Assembly (NCBI GenBank): GCA_964016885.1
Contig: OZ024740.1
Span: 84,630,001 to 84,694,000 of the forward strand
Origin: Eledone cirrhosa
Taxonomy: Eukaryota
Direction: 5' to 3'
DNA: 64,000 bases
Below, one piece after another: positions 63,469-64,000 of this stretch. The translations under genes and the position numbers were made by a program. Each line of letters begins with the position of its first letter. Position 1 is the first letter of the stretch. The notes below the pieces were generated by a model. It did no database searches, was not told where the DNA came from, and was given only the letters and a program-made list of their open reading frames with translations.

Positions 63469-64000
63469 TGGACGCACATGTATGAAGACGTACAAGCCTG
63501 CGGGGGAAAAGGTTCGTAACTTTAAGCTGTTTTAAAGTATCATTTTTTGTATTTTCTTGTCGTTAACTAAACATAAGGTACTCACCTTGGTTTCAAGGAA
63601 GAGAGACCTCTCAATATTCGGGCTTTAAGCCCGAATATTCAAATTTATTTTTAAAAACTTCGAAAAAAATCGCTTCCCCACTAAAAAAAAAAATATGGAA
63701 ATTTTCGATCTTGAAACGGTAAACAACGTTCAGGTCAAAAGTTCAAAAGCAGCCACTGTAGATCTCACCACAACTACCTCTACTACAGACATGTCTGTCA
63801 ACCATTCCACTGAATGTGAAGGCAAAACTCAAAAGCTACCATCACAACCGCTCCCTTCTGTGTTAGGAGCAATATCATCTGAAAACGACATCACCACCAC
63901 CACCACCGCCGCCGCCACCACCACCACAACAACAACTCAGAACAACAACGACAATAACACCGACAGCTTCAATGTAAACACGGATGGCGGTGGCAACAGC
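63469..64000 (+). mobile_element. Probable 5' end of another Tx1-like LINE (Tx1-E) after a TTA-rich tract, running off the window
   Basis: Starts ggacgcac; UTR motif gggctttaagccc; ATG near 63695 opens a Thr/Asn-rich frame like other ORF1 starts. No diagnostic domain is inside the window. Confidence 0.6.

Overview
AT-rich, microsatellite-dense animal genomic DNA. The abundant tRNA-derived SINE resembles the octopus OK family, so this is most likely an octopod cephalopod (inference). I see no host protein-coding gene; the window is a stack of nested transposons. It holds about seven L1-clade Tx1-like LINEs or fragments (one near full-length), two near-complete and three fragmentary R4/Dong RLE retrotransposons, three Penelope-like elements (PLEs) with hammerhead ribozymes, a retrozyme-like unit, a 9.8 kb hAT-bounded composite that splits a SINE, a decayed hAT transposase, a Helitron remnant, about 17 SINE copies and a 449 bp palindrome. 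Four observations stand out. (1) Two SINE copies inside the 5' leader of a Dong element carry dense T>C clusters (A>G on the Dong sense strand) with ADAR-like context, suggesting A-to-I hyper-editing written back into the genome. (2) In four divergent Tx1 families the ORF1 stop codon sits in a 5' splice donor (AG|GTAAGT in three), with an in-phase AG at the start of ORF2. (3) Both Dong copies have a Tx1-like 5' leader and pair head-to-head with a Tx1 across (TTA)n. (4) Two different SINE variants sit at the same nucleotide of the hammerhead in both arms of a PLE inverted repeat. Coordinates and counts were read by eye and may be off by a few bases.
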